From NCBI GenBank assembly GCA_033442325.1, contig JAWQFM010000008.1, forward strand, positions 496,001-560,000: a stretch of DNA of 64,000 nucleotides. The letters run 5' to 3'. Positions within the stretch are counted from its first letter, which is position 1. Each line of letters begins with the position of its first letter. This stretch comes from Salpingoeca rosetta (taxonomy: Eukaryota > Protista > Choanoflagellata). Shown here in pieces: positions 25,989 through 37,894 of this stretch. The notes beneath the pieces were generated by a model. It was not told the origin of the DNA. It did not search any database and worked only from the letters and a program-made list of their open reading frames with translations. The position numbers were made by a program, and so were the translations under genes.

Positions 25989-28363
25989 CGTGTGTGTGTA
26001 TTTGTTTCCGCATGCCAACGTGGCACGTGCATCTGCGCGCGAAGCTTGTCGCTCGTGTTGTGTTTCTCTGCTAAGTGAAAGCGAATTTTGGCGCCACCGT
26101 CACGACCACCACTTCCACCGCACCGCCTCTACCACTGCAACATCACACTCCTCTCGGACTCGTGCAGGTTGGGTTTGGACCCGCTGTTGAAATTGAAAAC
26201 ACGATTGACATGTCAGTGAAGCATGAAACGACCGTGCGGCGAAGGGTGAAGGTTCGTGGATCTTGCCGCTTGCCTGCACACCTGATTGCGAACGTGTCCC
26301 GTGTCACATCCCATCACGTCACATGCGTGTTCTACTTGTCGTTGTTGCTAATGTGCTTTCGTTTCAGCTGTTTCAGTTGATACGTGTGCATTCACACACT
26401 GTACTGTTGCATTTCAATTTCGCACAAGAATCCCATGTCACTCACAGGCGGCTGTCGGTTTGCTTCTTGCCGGCGCGCGTGGATGTTTATGTTGTTAGCG
26501 TGCGGTCAAGGCAGAGGAAGGAAAGGCACCACCAAAGAAAAAGTTTGAGTTTGTGGAGAAAACATCCACTGTCATGAAGGCCTATCTCCAGGAAGCCGAT
26601 CTCGTGATGAGAGTCAAGGTAGGATTGGTTCTGCTGAATGGTGTCGGTTGGTGTTGTCAGTGTTGATGATGCACTTGTGCGGAGGTGCGTTCGCACGCAT
26701 GTGTGCGTGAGTTTGTATGTGCATACATGTGTGCGTGAATTTGTATGTGCATACATGTGCGCATGTGAGTGCGTTTGCGGTCCAATGTCGTTGAGCTTTC
26801 AGCATACACGCGCATCATCTTTGTCCTCAAAGCTGTCGTGACGCCCTGTTGTGCTGCTGTTGGTCACTTGTACTTTCACCAGACCGACATCGCCGCGGGC
26901 ACCGACGCGTTCTTTGATCTCAACGGCTTCCAAGTATGTGGTGATCTTGGGCAGTCATGCTTTATGTGTGTGTGTGTGTGTGCGTGTCTGTGTGTGCGTG
27001 TGTGTGTGCGTGTGCGTGTGTGTGTGTGTGTCCATGGGCAAACACCGACAACGACGTGCCATCTCGGCCTCCTCCCTCCCCTTTCTACTGTATTTGCAAC
27101 AACCCAACCGTCCATTCAACAGTCCAGCCAATCATCCAACCCCTCATTCAACCAACTCGCCACGTTGCGTGCTCAGGTGACTCGAAAAGTGCGACGGGAG
27201 GATGTGGGCATCAACGGGCAGTACATGCCAGCAACACTGCTTGCGTTCGTGCAAGACAGCACCCGCCGTCTGACTCTGCACACAAACACGGCACTTGGCA
27301 TGGCCTCGCTCGCAGAGGTAAGCTATCCTTCCAATCTTCCTGCCGATTTCGGCACTCAACAGGGAAAGAGCGCGTGTTATGACGTCTTGCACTTCACTGC
27401 GGCTGCACAACTACCGGTGTTCACACAACCGACATGAACGCGCACACACACACATACATCCACACACATGAATTACGCGTTCCTTGTTTCAGGGACAACT
27501 GGAGGCGATGGTTGGCCGGACACACTCGCGCGATGACAACCTTGGTCTTGGGGAAGGCATTGCTGCGGACCACATCACAACATCCAAAGTGTGTTTGTTT
27601 GTTCGTGCATGTGTGTGTGTGTGATTGAGTTGGGTTTTTGTTTGCTTGACTGCGATTGCCTTGCATATGCTTGGTCTGTGCATTGGGCGTTTCGCGCATT
27701 TGAATCAATCACTCTCAACGCACGCACGCACGCACGCATGCACGCACACGCACACGCACATACATCCACGCACACACACACACGCGCGCGCGCGCGTGTC
27801 TGCAGTTTGTGCTGCATCTGGAAGCCATCCGCCCTTCGTCCAGCGCTGTGCAAAGGGATCACGTGCCCTCGCCGTCCCTGCAGGCACACACCATATCAGA
27901 TAGGCTCAACTTTGCTCCGATGCTGTGTGTGCTGAAGCAGCAGCACGAGGAGCAGCAGCACCAAGCGCAGTTGTCGCCAGTGGCTTTGGTACGATGCGAG
28001 ATGCTGCTGTAGTGCAGGAGAGGCGCGACAGTCCCGATGATGGCCATCCTCACCATCACAATTACAACCACCCTGTCTTCACATGGCTTGTGTGTGTCAG
28101 CATCCGTCGTAATCCACAACGCTCGTGCTTGCCTCCTCCTAATCACCGTGTGTCGTTCCCATGCCATCTTCCACCGTACACAGCCCGCCATGTCCCCCGA
28201 TATGCACCTGGTTCAGCTTCGGTCCATCGTTGGGGCTCACCCGCCACACGCCAGCCGCTCTCGCACGCTTCTTGTGTTGCACCGCCGTCGCATCGCGTGC
28301 TTGCAGGCACGCTCCTGTTTGGGCAACACAGATGCTGGCACACCAGCGGATTTGGAGGTACGC

Positions 28364-28425
<62 letters not shown>

Positions 28426-29076
28426 GGTGTTGGTGTTTTGTTGGGGTGCTGTGGGCTGTCGCCACGGCTGTGATCCCAACAGCAGCCAGGCTTGAATGCT
28501 GGTTTATTCGTTGCGTTGCGTGTTCGATCACTGTGTGGGACGTGTGACGCTGCGCAGCCGTGATAAACTATTTGCAGTGCCCATTTGCTGCTGACAACCA
28601 CCCAACTGTTCTCTTTGCTACTTGCTGGCATCCCCTTGATAGGTTGATCTCTCGCCGTTTCTTGGAATGTTTTCTGCGTCATCGTTCGAGGTACACGTGC
28701 ATTCGTTGTATGCCGCAGTCGAAGTGTTCTGCTGCTTGACAGCACAGCTGCATAACCCAGTTGACACTTGCGTGTTGGTAGCGCACACACGCAGACACTG
28801 GAACCACGTCGTCGATTTTACACGCACAAACACACTCACACACACAAACACACTCACACACACGCACACACGTACACACACTCACGCACTCTCGAACACA
28901 CTCACACACACACACTCGAACCCTTTTTCACATGCCACCGCACATGCACTCGTTGGCAGGAAACATCCCTGACTGGCGTCATGCCACGCGAGCGGAGCAG
29001 CGATAGCGCCAATCGCATCCAGCTGCCGCAGATGGACATGGCGTCTATTGTCGTCCATAGTCACGACCAGCGGTGA
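16898..29076 (+). CDS. MAN2A1: Golgi alpha-mannosidase II (GH38), type II membrane protein, more than 25 exons
   Basis: Signal anchor [19 protein letters not shown] and a long acidic/Gln stem. GH38 motifs [58 protein letters not shown] (nucleophile), GGDFRY, YWTGFYTTR, LQHHDAITGT, DLNGFQ; ends ETSLTG...HDQR*. Confidence 0.92.
23893..24002. repeat. (TTG)n intronic microsatellite with a degenerate tail to ~24135
   Basis: Directly visible, just after a mannosidase 5' splice site. Confidence 0.95.
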
Positions 29077-29507
29077 ACACTCGACTGGTGAGCGCGCGCG
29101 CGTGTGTGCGCTTGTTATGTTGTTGTGCTGCCAATTGTTGATGGGTAGCTGATGATGTGAGATAATGTTACATTCCGCATTGCATGCAAGCAATCGTGGG
29201 CGAAGAACGCAATTCGCGTCATCATGTACCACGTGGATGTGACGTTATTCGATCGAGGTGTTGTGTTGTGCGTGTTACTTTACTACGTTAGCCATATCGA
29301 ATACAGATAGACAGTGAACAAGCGAGCATCCGAGCGAGGCGAGAACCAGTACCACAAACGCACGCGTGTGTGTCGTACCACATACACACACAGACACAGA
29401 CACAGACACGGACACGGAAAAAGCAACAGACACGGACACAGACAGAGACACACAGACACAAACACAGACACACATTGCATCAAACATATCTATTCTCAAA
29501 CGCAATC

Positions 29508-32500
29508 CTAGCGAATGGAGCGAACAATAACGTAGACGAGTGCAGAGATGGCGCCACTGCAGGGGAGAGTGATGATCCACGTGAGCACAACGTTTCGCAG
29601 AAGTTTCCAGTCAACAGCGTTGGGGTCGCCGTCAGCCAAGCCAACACCGGCAACACACCCGATGAGAACAGCGGTGCTGGATATGGGTAGGCCAATCAGG
29701 GTTGCACACAGGATGCTCACGCTGGCACCATACTGCGCCGCAAACGCCTTGGACAGCGTCAGCTTTGTGATGTTGGAGCCAACCGTCTCCATGACCCGGT
29801 ACCCGTACATGAGCAGGCCCGTGACAATTGCAACGCCACCCACAATGTTCAGCATAACCGGCAGGGACGTGTCCAGGCTGTCTGGGGCCACGAGATCAGC
29901 AATGACTCCATATGGGCCCACTGCGTTGGCGACGTCGTTGCCTCCGTGTGCGAAGGAAACGGTGCACGCGCTGACAAGCGTGAGCGGCGCAAAGTACGCC
30001 TCTGCCGCGCCGTAGAAGCGCACGTGGTGGTGGAAGTCCGGGCTTGGGGTGCGCATGTCAATGGAGACGGGCGACACACTCCTGCGCATGTCAAAAGCAT
30101 CAGGGCTCCAGCGTCGCCCTCTGTCACCCCGGCTGCGGCGACGACCACGCTCACGCTCTCCCGTCGTGCTCGCGTCATGAACCGCCACATCAATCACACG
30201 CGCGTTGGGATCAATGCCGCCAATAAAGTGCATCTTCTTCCGAAACTGCTGCTGTGCTTGCGCATGCTCTTCGCATCGCGCCTCTAGCACCGCCGTCAGC
30301 TTGCGCACTTCCTCGTCCTCCGCGCTCACTTCACCGCCGCCCACACCTCTTTCGTCGGCGTTCGGTTGCGTCGCGGCGTGGGCACCGAACGTCGTTGTTG
30401 TGCGGGTAGACCCGACTTCGCCAATGCTGGTGTTGTCAAGAGTCACTGCTGTCGGCGTCGTTGGGGGTGTTGGTGTTGGTGTTGGTGTGATTCGTGGAGG
30501 CACAGCAGTGGGTCGCTGCCGCTTCTTGTCAGCACCAGCTGCGACAGCGCTGCTTGCTGTGCTGGTGTTCAGGAGGTGAAACGGGCGCTGCGACGTGGAG
30601 GTTGACACGGCATGCCCAGACACGGACACGGATGCCGCGCCCACGAAGGCATGGGCCGATGGCGGGCGATGAATGCCAATGGGCAGTGGCGTTGGATCTG
30701 CTGTGGCTCCGCCGAGCGAGACTGTGCGTGCAGGGAATCCAATGGCAGCGTGTTGCGACCTGGAATCAGCGCGACCAACGGCCTCGGGGCCAAGCAATCG
30801 CCGCCGCATGCTGGCAATGTCGGAGGTGCGGGTGATGGTGCGATCAGAGCCCACGCTTTTCCACAACAGGCGCGATGGCCAGTCCGACGCCGTTGTCGGT
30901 GTCGTTGTTGCAGTTGTCACGGATGCGACGGCTGGTGACGTCGTGTCATCCTCCTTCATGTCTGTGGCTACACCTGTCGCGTGTGGCGTCGGTTGCATGA
31001 CAGAAGATGGTACCGCCGCTCTATTTGGTTTTGCTACTGCTGTTGCGGTTGTTGTTGTTGCCGGTACTGGTCTGCGCTGCGGTGGCGTTACGCTGTGCAT
31101 GATCTTTGGTTTGCTGAACGACGTTTCTCTGAGCTTGGATGTGGACACGGTACCCCTTATTCGTCGTTCCGTGCGCTCCACCACGGTTGTTGCGCGCCTG
31201 GGGTGGTCGGCGTGTGTTGCCCTCTCCACGCGCGCTCTATCCTCTGGTGTGGGCGGCGAGCGAGCACCCGCACTCACGTGGATATGACGTTCACCTTCGC
31301 GACGCAAACATGCGCTCTCATCACGACCACCACCGGCATCGTCGCCGCCAGCAACAGTGTTGGTGCGGCCTCGAGTATCTGCTTCTGCAGTTGCGTCGAC
31401 TGGCATCAAGGGTTCACGCTCAGCAGCTGTTGCATGCACGCTTTGTGGAACCCCTCTGCTGCTATTGTTGTTGTCCCGGCTGTCGCTGCTTCTTCTTTGC
31501 TGACTGCTTGTGCTGTAGGAGAGGGGTGATGGCGGACTGGCTGCACCATCACATGTGCCGCTCTTCCTGCCGCTGAATGATGCGCTTCTTGCTCGAGTCC
31601 GGGACTCGCTCCCTGGACTGCTGCTGCTACTGCTGCTACTGCTACTGCTCCTTTTTCGACCATTGTCACTGTCGCTGCCGTCGTCGTCGTCGTTGCTGCT
31701 GCTGCTGCTGACACTGGCACTTCTCTCGCTCCCTCTACTGATGTGGCTCGCGCTTCTTCCTCGGTGCTGACTGTCATCATCCTCCTCTTCCATCTCGCCG
31801 CTCACCTCAAGCAGCTTTCGCAAGAGCACGTGAGGGCTACGTCTGTGTCGGCGCCGTCTGCTCGCTGCCCGCTGCTCGTACATGCTGCGCGTGGTCTCAA
31901 CGGTCAGGCCGCCCTGTGTCTGTACTCTGCCACCATTCAGCTTCTGATCTTTGTCAGAAGCGCAACCTGTGCCGTCTTCTCCTCTGTCTTCGTTACTGGC
32001 GCCGTACCCGTTTTCATCGTAGTCACCATTGTCACGCGTTCGTGTGCGGCCGCGCTGCTCGCGCCGTGCAATTGTGTCTGCCGCTGTTTCCAGTTTGGCG
32101 GTGGTCGGCGTGCGCAACTCCGCCAGCAGAGGGTGGTTGCTCATGGCGTCTGTGGACACGCTTGTGTTGAGGGTGTCGGACGAATCAGGCGTGATGCCGG
32201 CGCGGAACCGCCACTCGTGCTCACCGTCGTCTTCTACATCATCATCCTCGTCCTCGTCCCTGTTGGCTTCTGCTCCTTCATGCGCCTGATTCTTTGCCTG
32301 CAGCTGTTGCTCACCGGCCCCACATTGACCATTGTCGTCCGTTTCGTCTGTATGCGCCCTGCCTTCACGTTTCTCCTCGTACGTGTGCAATTCCTGGAAC
32401 TCGATGCGATAGCGGTGGAGGTTGCGGGCAACCCAGGGCACGAGGAGGTAGCGGCCGATGGCGTATGCCAGGGCGGCTGTGATGACGATGGCCGGGAAGA

Positions 32501-33161
32501 AGACACGCAGGAAGGCATCGCGAGGGCTGAGGTGGGACGGGCGAAGCAGCTCGGGCCCGCTGACCAGGATGAACACAACGTCGGTGACAAGCGTCACGGC
32601 CAGCAGCAGTGGTAGGGCGTGGCGGGCGCGACGCACGTGCGCGGGCTTCTCCATGACGAAGACCTTGACGAGGAGGTAGATGACTGCGGAGATGATACCG
32701 CCGAGGATTGGGGACGTGAACCACCCGGCAGCAACACCTCCGATCGCGGTACCGCTGAGGTTGTTGGCCTTTCCTTGCACGATGACGAAGGCAATGACAG
32801 CGCCGACGATGGCGTGGGTGGTGCTGACGGGCAGGGCAAAGCAGGTGGCGGTGAGGACCCAGATGAACGTGCCTGCGGCGGCGGCGAACATGCCTGCGGC
32901 AAAGAGCTCTTCATCACCGCCAAAGTCCTCGAGGGAGATGAACTTGGACTGGATGAAGTCGACAACGTTTGCGCCGATGAGGCTGGCGCCCGCAAGCTCA
33001 AAGATGGCGGCGATGATGACGGCGGTGCGGTACGTGAATGCGCCCGTGCCAACGCCCGTGCCAAAGGCATTGCCCACGTCGTTTGCACCCGTGGCCCATA
33101 GCATCAAGAACGACACCACTGCGCCCACCGAGGCAAGGAACACGGCAAACCCAGACGCCAT
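29508..33161 (-). CDS. PiT/SLC20 (PHO4 family) phosphate transporter, 1217 aa, single exon, very large low-complexity internal loop
   Basis: N-terminal signature GANDVGNAFGT and LPVSTTHAIVGA; C-terminal signature AHGGNDVANAVGP, GYRVMETVGSNITKL, GLPISST. ATG at 33161 (MASGFAVFL) precedes TM1. Confidence 0.92.
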   Translation of the reverse strand: MASGFAVFLASVGAVVSFLMLWATGANDVGNAFGTGVGTGAFTYRTAVIIAAIFELAGASLIGANVVDFIQSKFISLEDFGGDEELFAAGMFAAAAGTFIWVLTATCFALPVSTTHAIVGAVIAFVIVQGKANNLSGTAIGGVAAGWFTSPILGGIISAVIYLLVKVFVMEKPAHVRRARHALPLLLAVTLVTDVVFILVSGPELLRPSHLSPRDAFLRVFFPAIVITAALAYAIGRYLLVPWVARNLHRYRIEFQELHTYEEKREGRAHTDETDDNGQCGAGEQQLQAKNQAHEGAEANRDEDEDDDVEDDGEHEWRFRAGITPDSSDTLNTSVSTDAMSNHPLLAELRTPTTAKLETAADTIARREQRGRTRTRDNGDYDENGYGASNEDRGEDGTGCASDKDQKLNGGRVQTQGGLTVETTRSMYEQRAASRRRRHRRSPHVLLRKLLEVSGEMEEEDDDSQHRGRSASHISRGSERSASVSSSSSNDDDDGSDSDNGRKRSSSSSSSSSSSPGSESRTRARSASFSGRKSGTCDGAASPPSPLSYSTSSQQRRSSDSRDNNNSSRGVPQSVHATAAEREPLMPVDATAEADTRGRTNTVAGGDDAGGGRDESACLRREGERHIHVSAGARSPPTPEDRARVERATHADHPRRATTVVERTERRIRGTVSTSKLRETSFSKPKIMHSVTPPQRRPVPATTTTATAVAKPNRAAVPSSVMQPTPHATGVATDMKEDDTTSPAVASVTTATTTPTTASDWPSRLLWKSVGSDRTITRTSDIASMRRRLLGPEAVGRADSRSQHAAIGFPARTVSLGGATADPTPLPIGIHRPPSAHAFVGAASVSVSGHAVSTSTSQRPFHLLNTSTASSAVAAGADKKRQRPTAVPPRITPTPTPTPPTTPTAVTLDNTSIGEVGSTRTTTTFGAHAATQPNADERGVGGGEVSAEDEEVRKLTAVLEARCEEHAQAQQQFRKKMHFIGGIDPNARVIDVAVHDASTTGERERGRRRSRGDRGRRWSPDAFDMRRSVSPVSIDMRTPSPDFHHHVRFYGAAEAYFAPLTLVSACTVSFAHGGNDVANAVGPYGVIADLVAPDSLDTSLPVMLNIVGGVAIVTGLLMYGYRVMETVGSNITKLTLSKAFAAQYGASVSILCATLIGLPISSTAVLIGCVAGVGLADGDPNAVDWKLLRNVVLTWIITLPCSGAISALVYVIVRSIR

Positions 33162-33702
33162 GGCAGTGAGAGGTGTGACGGTGTGTATAGGAGGAAGGGA
33201 AGTAAGGGTCAGCTCGAGCTCCGAGTGACGGTGACGGTGATGGTGGCACGCAGGAACCACCACATCAAGCTCACGAGCGAGAGAAGTGTTGTGGTGTGGG
33301 GGGTTGGCACGTTGCGTGAGTGTTTGTGTGTGTGTGTGGCGAAGCAACAACAGCAACAACAACGTGTTGGTGATTTTCGTGTGTTTGGGGATTTTCGTGT
33401 GTGCTTGCATGCAACCAAAACCTGCTTGTTGTTGTTGTTGTGTGTGGATGTGTGTGTGTGTGTGTGTGTGTGTGCTTTGTCTCTTGCCAGTTCATGTGCG
33501 CGGGGATGGTTGTATTGTTGTTGGAGTTGTTGCTGGGATCCGTTAGGAAGCAAGGTGAGCACGCAAGGCAAGAAGAGGCAGCAAGCGCTTGTTGCTGTTG
33601 GCGTTGTTGCAAGGTTGGACGCATGTGTGTGACGCAAAGAGCAGCAGCACAAGAGGGCACAAGGCGCAAATGCTGCCTGCGTCAGTGTGGTGTGCAAGAC
33701 GA

Positions 33703-33828
33703 AAGGAAGGAAGGAAGGAAGGAAGGAAGGAAGGAAGGAAGGAAGGAAGGGGGGGGGAAGGAAGGAAGGAAGGAAGGAAGGAAGGAAGGAAGGAAGGAAG
33801 GAAGGAAGGAAGGAAGGAAGGAAGGAAG
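33703..33828. repeat. (AAGG)n polypurine tract interrupted by a G9 run
   Basis: Directly visible between the CREG stop and the PiT start. Confidence 0.95.
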
Positions 33829-34029
33829 ACACAAAAAGGAGCAGACGATGTCAAACACAACGAGCAAGCAAGCAAGCAAGCAAGCAGGGAAGTGCGCTTG
33901 TGATTATGGTTGTTTGTGTGGGTTGCGCTCATGGTTCAATCATGTGTAACAATAACGAAAAGAAACAAAAAACACAAAACAAATGGGGTAGATGCGTCCC
34001 AGATGCGCATCTGCGTTGGCTGCAGGCGC

Positions 34030-34822
34030 TCAGGTGCGCTTGGTTGATGGGGGCTTTGGCTTGGCGGCGTAGTAGTCCGCCGGGTCGATGATGGCCGCGC
34101 CGCCATAGTGGTTGACGAGCCACAGCTGGTGGATCTCAAGCGCCATGAAGCGGAACTGGTGTGAGCCACCAGGGCTCCAGTCTAAACGCGGTGGTGGTGG
34201 TGGTAGTGGTAGCGGTGGAGGTGGAGGTGATGGTGGGAGGGGTGAGAGAGACAAAATGTGAGAAACAAGAAAGGCACAAAGAACAGTGTGGTGTGAATAG
34301 AAGCACCGAGAGTGGGAGAGAGTGCATCGTAAACAAGCAAGGTGGCACACACGCACGCACACAGACAAAGAGGCGAGCACGCAGACACGCAGTGACAGGC
34401 AGGCAGAGAGACAAAGAGACAGAGTGAAGAGACAGAAAAGAGAGACAGACACAGACACAGACACACAGATACAGGCACACGCCACGCACACGCACACACA
34501 CACAGACACACACAGACACACAGACACACACACAGGCACGTACAGAACAAACAAAAGCACTCACTCTTCATCTCAGGGTGACGGCTGAACATGGCCTCCT
34601 TGGCAAAAGGCTCCTCGGCCGAGGAAACGTTGTACACGCGTCCCATGAATGTCAGACGACCACAGGTCGGGTCCTGTGTTCACGCACAGCCAAAGCAAGA
34701 ACACAAGGTATGAGGCGGACGCATGTGCAGTTCAAAAGCACACACACCCCACAACACAAGAGGCACACACAAACACAACAACACACACACACACACATTC
34801 GACAAACAAAACACACACACAC

Positions 34823-34876
<54 letters not shown>

Positions 34877-35259
34877 CACACAAACCATACCTCTGGGTCC
34901 AAAGCGCAAGTGCCGGTGTCCTCCTGGGTGACGGTGAGGGAGCAGCGGGGATCGGCCTGGAGATCATGCACAGAGGCGTCCAGCGGAGAAGCGTAGAAGT
35001 AGATGTGGCCCGACGCGTTGTTGACGGGGCCGTCGGAGAAGGAGAAGATGTTGCCAAAGGGGTAGGAGAACTGGCGGCTGTTGGTGGCCATCACGCCATA
35101 CGTGGTGTTGTGCACCAGCCAGCGCGCAAACGAGGCAGCATCACCATCATCCCTGACAGCGGCCTTCACAAACCGAGCCGTCTGTACATTCTCTGCCTGG
35201 CAGCCCGCCGCCATCAAGCATGCCACAGCGGCAAGCACAGCAACAGCAGCAACACGCAT
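34030..35259 (-). CDS. CREG1: CREG family secreted/lysosomal glycoprotein (split-barrel fold), 3 exons
   Basis: Signal peptide MRVAAVAVLAAVACL; ARWLVHNTTYGVMAT..PFGNIFSFSDGP..SGHIYFY; CALDPE|DPTCGRLTFMG..AKEAMFSRHPEMK; HQFRFMALEIHQLWLVNHYGGA..DYYAAKP. Confidence 0.9.
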
Positions 35260-35441
35260 CTTCGTTTGCTTTTCTTGGCTTCTTCTTTTGGAGCAGTCGT
35301 ATGGATGGTTCGATCTGGCTGCTGACTGGGGGACAACAAGAAGACGTGTGCGTGTCGTGGAAAAATGACAAAGTTCTTCATCAATTTTCGACAAGGACAA
35401 CACAGAAGAAGAGAAAGCAGAGCAGAACAACTTCCTTCTTG

Positions 35442-35467
35442 CTTGTTGCTTGCTTGCTTGTTGCTTG
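35442..35467. promoter_or_regulatory. 26-bp motif CTTGTTGCTTGCTTGCTTGTTGCTTG in the CREG/HDHD2 divergent intergenic region
   Basis: An identical 26-mer occurs at 57518-57543 in another divergent intergenic region. Regulatory role is inferred only. Confidence 0.35.
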
Positions 35468-35492
35468 ACCGTTCACTGATGCACCGAGCGTC

Positions 35493-37413
35493 ATGCCGGT
35501 GTTGATTGATGTGAGTGGGACGTTGTTGGTTGGCGATGTACCGACGGCTGGTGCTGTGGAAGCACTTCAGCGCCTGAGGGAAGCGGGCGTGCCTTTTCGC
35601 ATCATCACAAACACATCCAAGGAGTCGCGACAAGCGATTGTGGACCGCCTCCGCAAACACAATTTCGATGTACGAGACGAGGGTCAGTCACATCACGCTG
35701 CAACATCGTGTGCGAGAGTGTGTGCGTGTGCATGCACTTGCGTGTGCGTGTGTGCATGCACTTGCGTGTGTGCGTGTGTGCGTGTGTGCGTGTGTGCGTG
35801 TGTGCGTGTGTGCGTGTGTGCGTGTGTGCGTGTGTGCGTGTGTGCGTGTGTGCGTGTGTGCGTGTGTGCTGCAATGTGGGGCGCAGTAGCGCAACGACTC
35901 AAATGCCTTCCATTCATGTTGTACATCTGTGATTTGATGCCCATTTTCGTTCACACAGAGGTGTTCACGGCGTTGTCAGCAACACGGAGGCTCATTCTCA
36001 GCCGGAACCTGAGGCAAGACAGATTGAATTAGCTCACATCTGCACACATGCAAGTGAAGTGCCAACAAGCATGCAACTTGCCTTGTTGCGTACTCGGGCC
36101 ACCACAATGCTCATGGTCTTTCACACAACACACACACACACACATGCACAGGTGTGCGTTCTTGCTGCGGGATTCGGTCATGCAAGACTTTGAAGATGTT
36201 GAGCAGTCCAATCCAAACGCCGTCGTTGTTGGGCTGGCCCCGGAGAAGTTTGATTACGCCCACATGAACGCAGCGTTTCACATCCTCTTCCAGGGCGGAA
36301 CACTGATCGCCATCAACAAAAGCAGGTGGGCTCTTGCATTTGTGGAGAGATGAATGTGACAACCGAAGGACGTGGCCGGATACGACCATCCGCGTTGATG
36401 TCAATGCATGGATGCATGCGTGCATGTGTTCGTACTTGGTTGCAAACGGCGCGTCCTCGCTTCCTCGACATGTGGCATGAGCTCAAGCATCCTTGTTTCT
36501 CGACCAATTCATCACAAATGCACACGCGCACTTGCAATGTGCAGGTACTACAAGACCGAGCATGGCAACGACCTTGCTGCTGGCAGCGTGGTGGCGGCAC
36601 TCGAGTATGCGTCAGGGAAGGAGGCCACCATTGTTGGCAAGCCATCCCCAGACTTCTTCAAACTCGCTCTCGGTGAGGCGCACAAGCCATAGCCTGGGGC
36701 ATGAGAAGAGGTGGTGCGATGAGTGTGCGCAACATCACCATTGCTGTGCGACCAGAGAGGATTAGCGAAAGGCAGGTTGCGGAGGTGTAACAGCCCTGTG
36801 TTTGTGTGTGCGTTCTTGTTGGAACGTCAATGATGTCAGGATGAACCACCCATTACATTGTGTGTGCATGTGTGTTGGTGGGCACTTGCGACATCAGATG
36901 ACCTCGGGTCCTCAGCAGCAGATACATTCATGATTGGAGACGTAGGTGGAGAAGGCAGACATTGATGCATCTGTGTGTGTCCACCATGCGTGTGTGTTTG
37001 TTGCGTGCTGTGAGTGTGTGAATGCGCTCTGTTGCAACATCTCATATGCATGCTGGCACAGTGAATGCACGCTCACACGAGTCGGATTTGTGCGCGCACT
37101 CATGCCGTCAGGACATCAACGATGATGTTGCCGGCGCACAACGCGTCGGGTGTCGTGGTGTGCTCGTCCAAACAGGTTTGTCCGTTATGTGCGTGTGATT
37201 GTGTGCGTGTGTGTGACTGTGTGTGCGTGCGTGTGTGTATTTGCGCGCACAACAGCCGTGACGCTTTACACCCTCTGTCGAATCGCCATGCTCAACGCTG
37301 CAGGGAAGTACACGGCACACGTGTTGGAGCAAAGTGGCGTGCAACCTGATGTGATTGCGCCCACGTTTGCAGACTTTGTGGACCGGTTTCTTGGTGGAGA
37401 GTTTGCACAGTGA
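35493..37413 (+). CDS. HDHD2: HAD-superfamily subclass IIA hydrolase, HDHD2/LHPP-like, 7 exons
   Basis: Motif [65 protein letters not shown]|[18 protein letters not shown]. Confidence 0.9.
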
Positions 37414-37640
37414 TGCTGTGGTGTGTGTATGTGTGTGTCGTGGTCGGCTATAAGTGGCTGGCTGATTCGTGTTTCGATTCAGATGCAGACGTAACGATAA
37501 ACGAACAGCAGAAGTAGCAACACAAGCAAACATACACACACACACACACACACACATCGGAAAGATGGCAAGAGGGCATCAGAACAAGCCACTCGCCACA
37601 AGCACACTGCCCAAACAGTGTGCGGGGAACCGCGTGCGTG

Positions 37641-37842
37641 TTAGAACGGGGGCTCAACAGGGCCCGAGACGCCAACAACAGTCTCAATCTCCTTCATGAC
37701 GCGAAGACACTTCTCGCCCTGGTACGGGAGAGCAACAACCTGCGCCGTCACAGGAAGACCTTCGCTGCCAAGGCACGACTTGATGATCTGGAGAGGGGGA
37801 GGGAGGATATGCGTGTATGAGAGAGACAGCTTGAATGTGCAG

Positions 37843-37894
<52 letters not shown>

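Noticed and set aside
29548-33228. Many 100-290 aa plus-strand ORFs over the PiT gene, and similarly over the EAR and adaptor exons
   Set aside because: Antisense shadows of GC-rich coding sequence with no recognisable motifs.
33162-33410. 83-aa N-terminal extension of the 1300-aa PiT ORF
   Set aside because: It is composed of CA/TTG low-complexity sequence; the ATG at 33161 directly precedes TM1 and is the more likely start.
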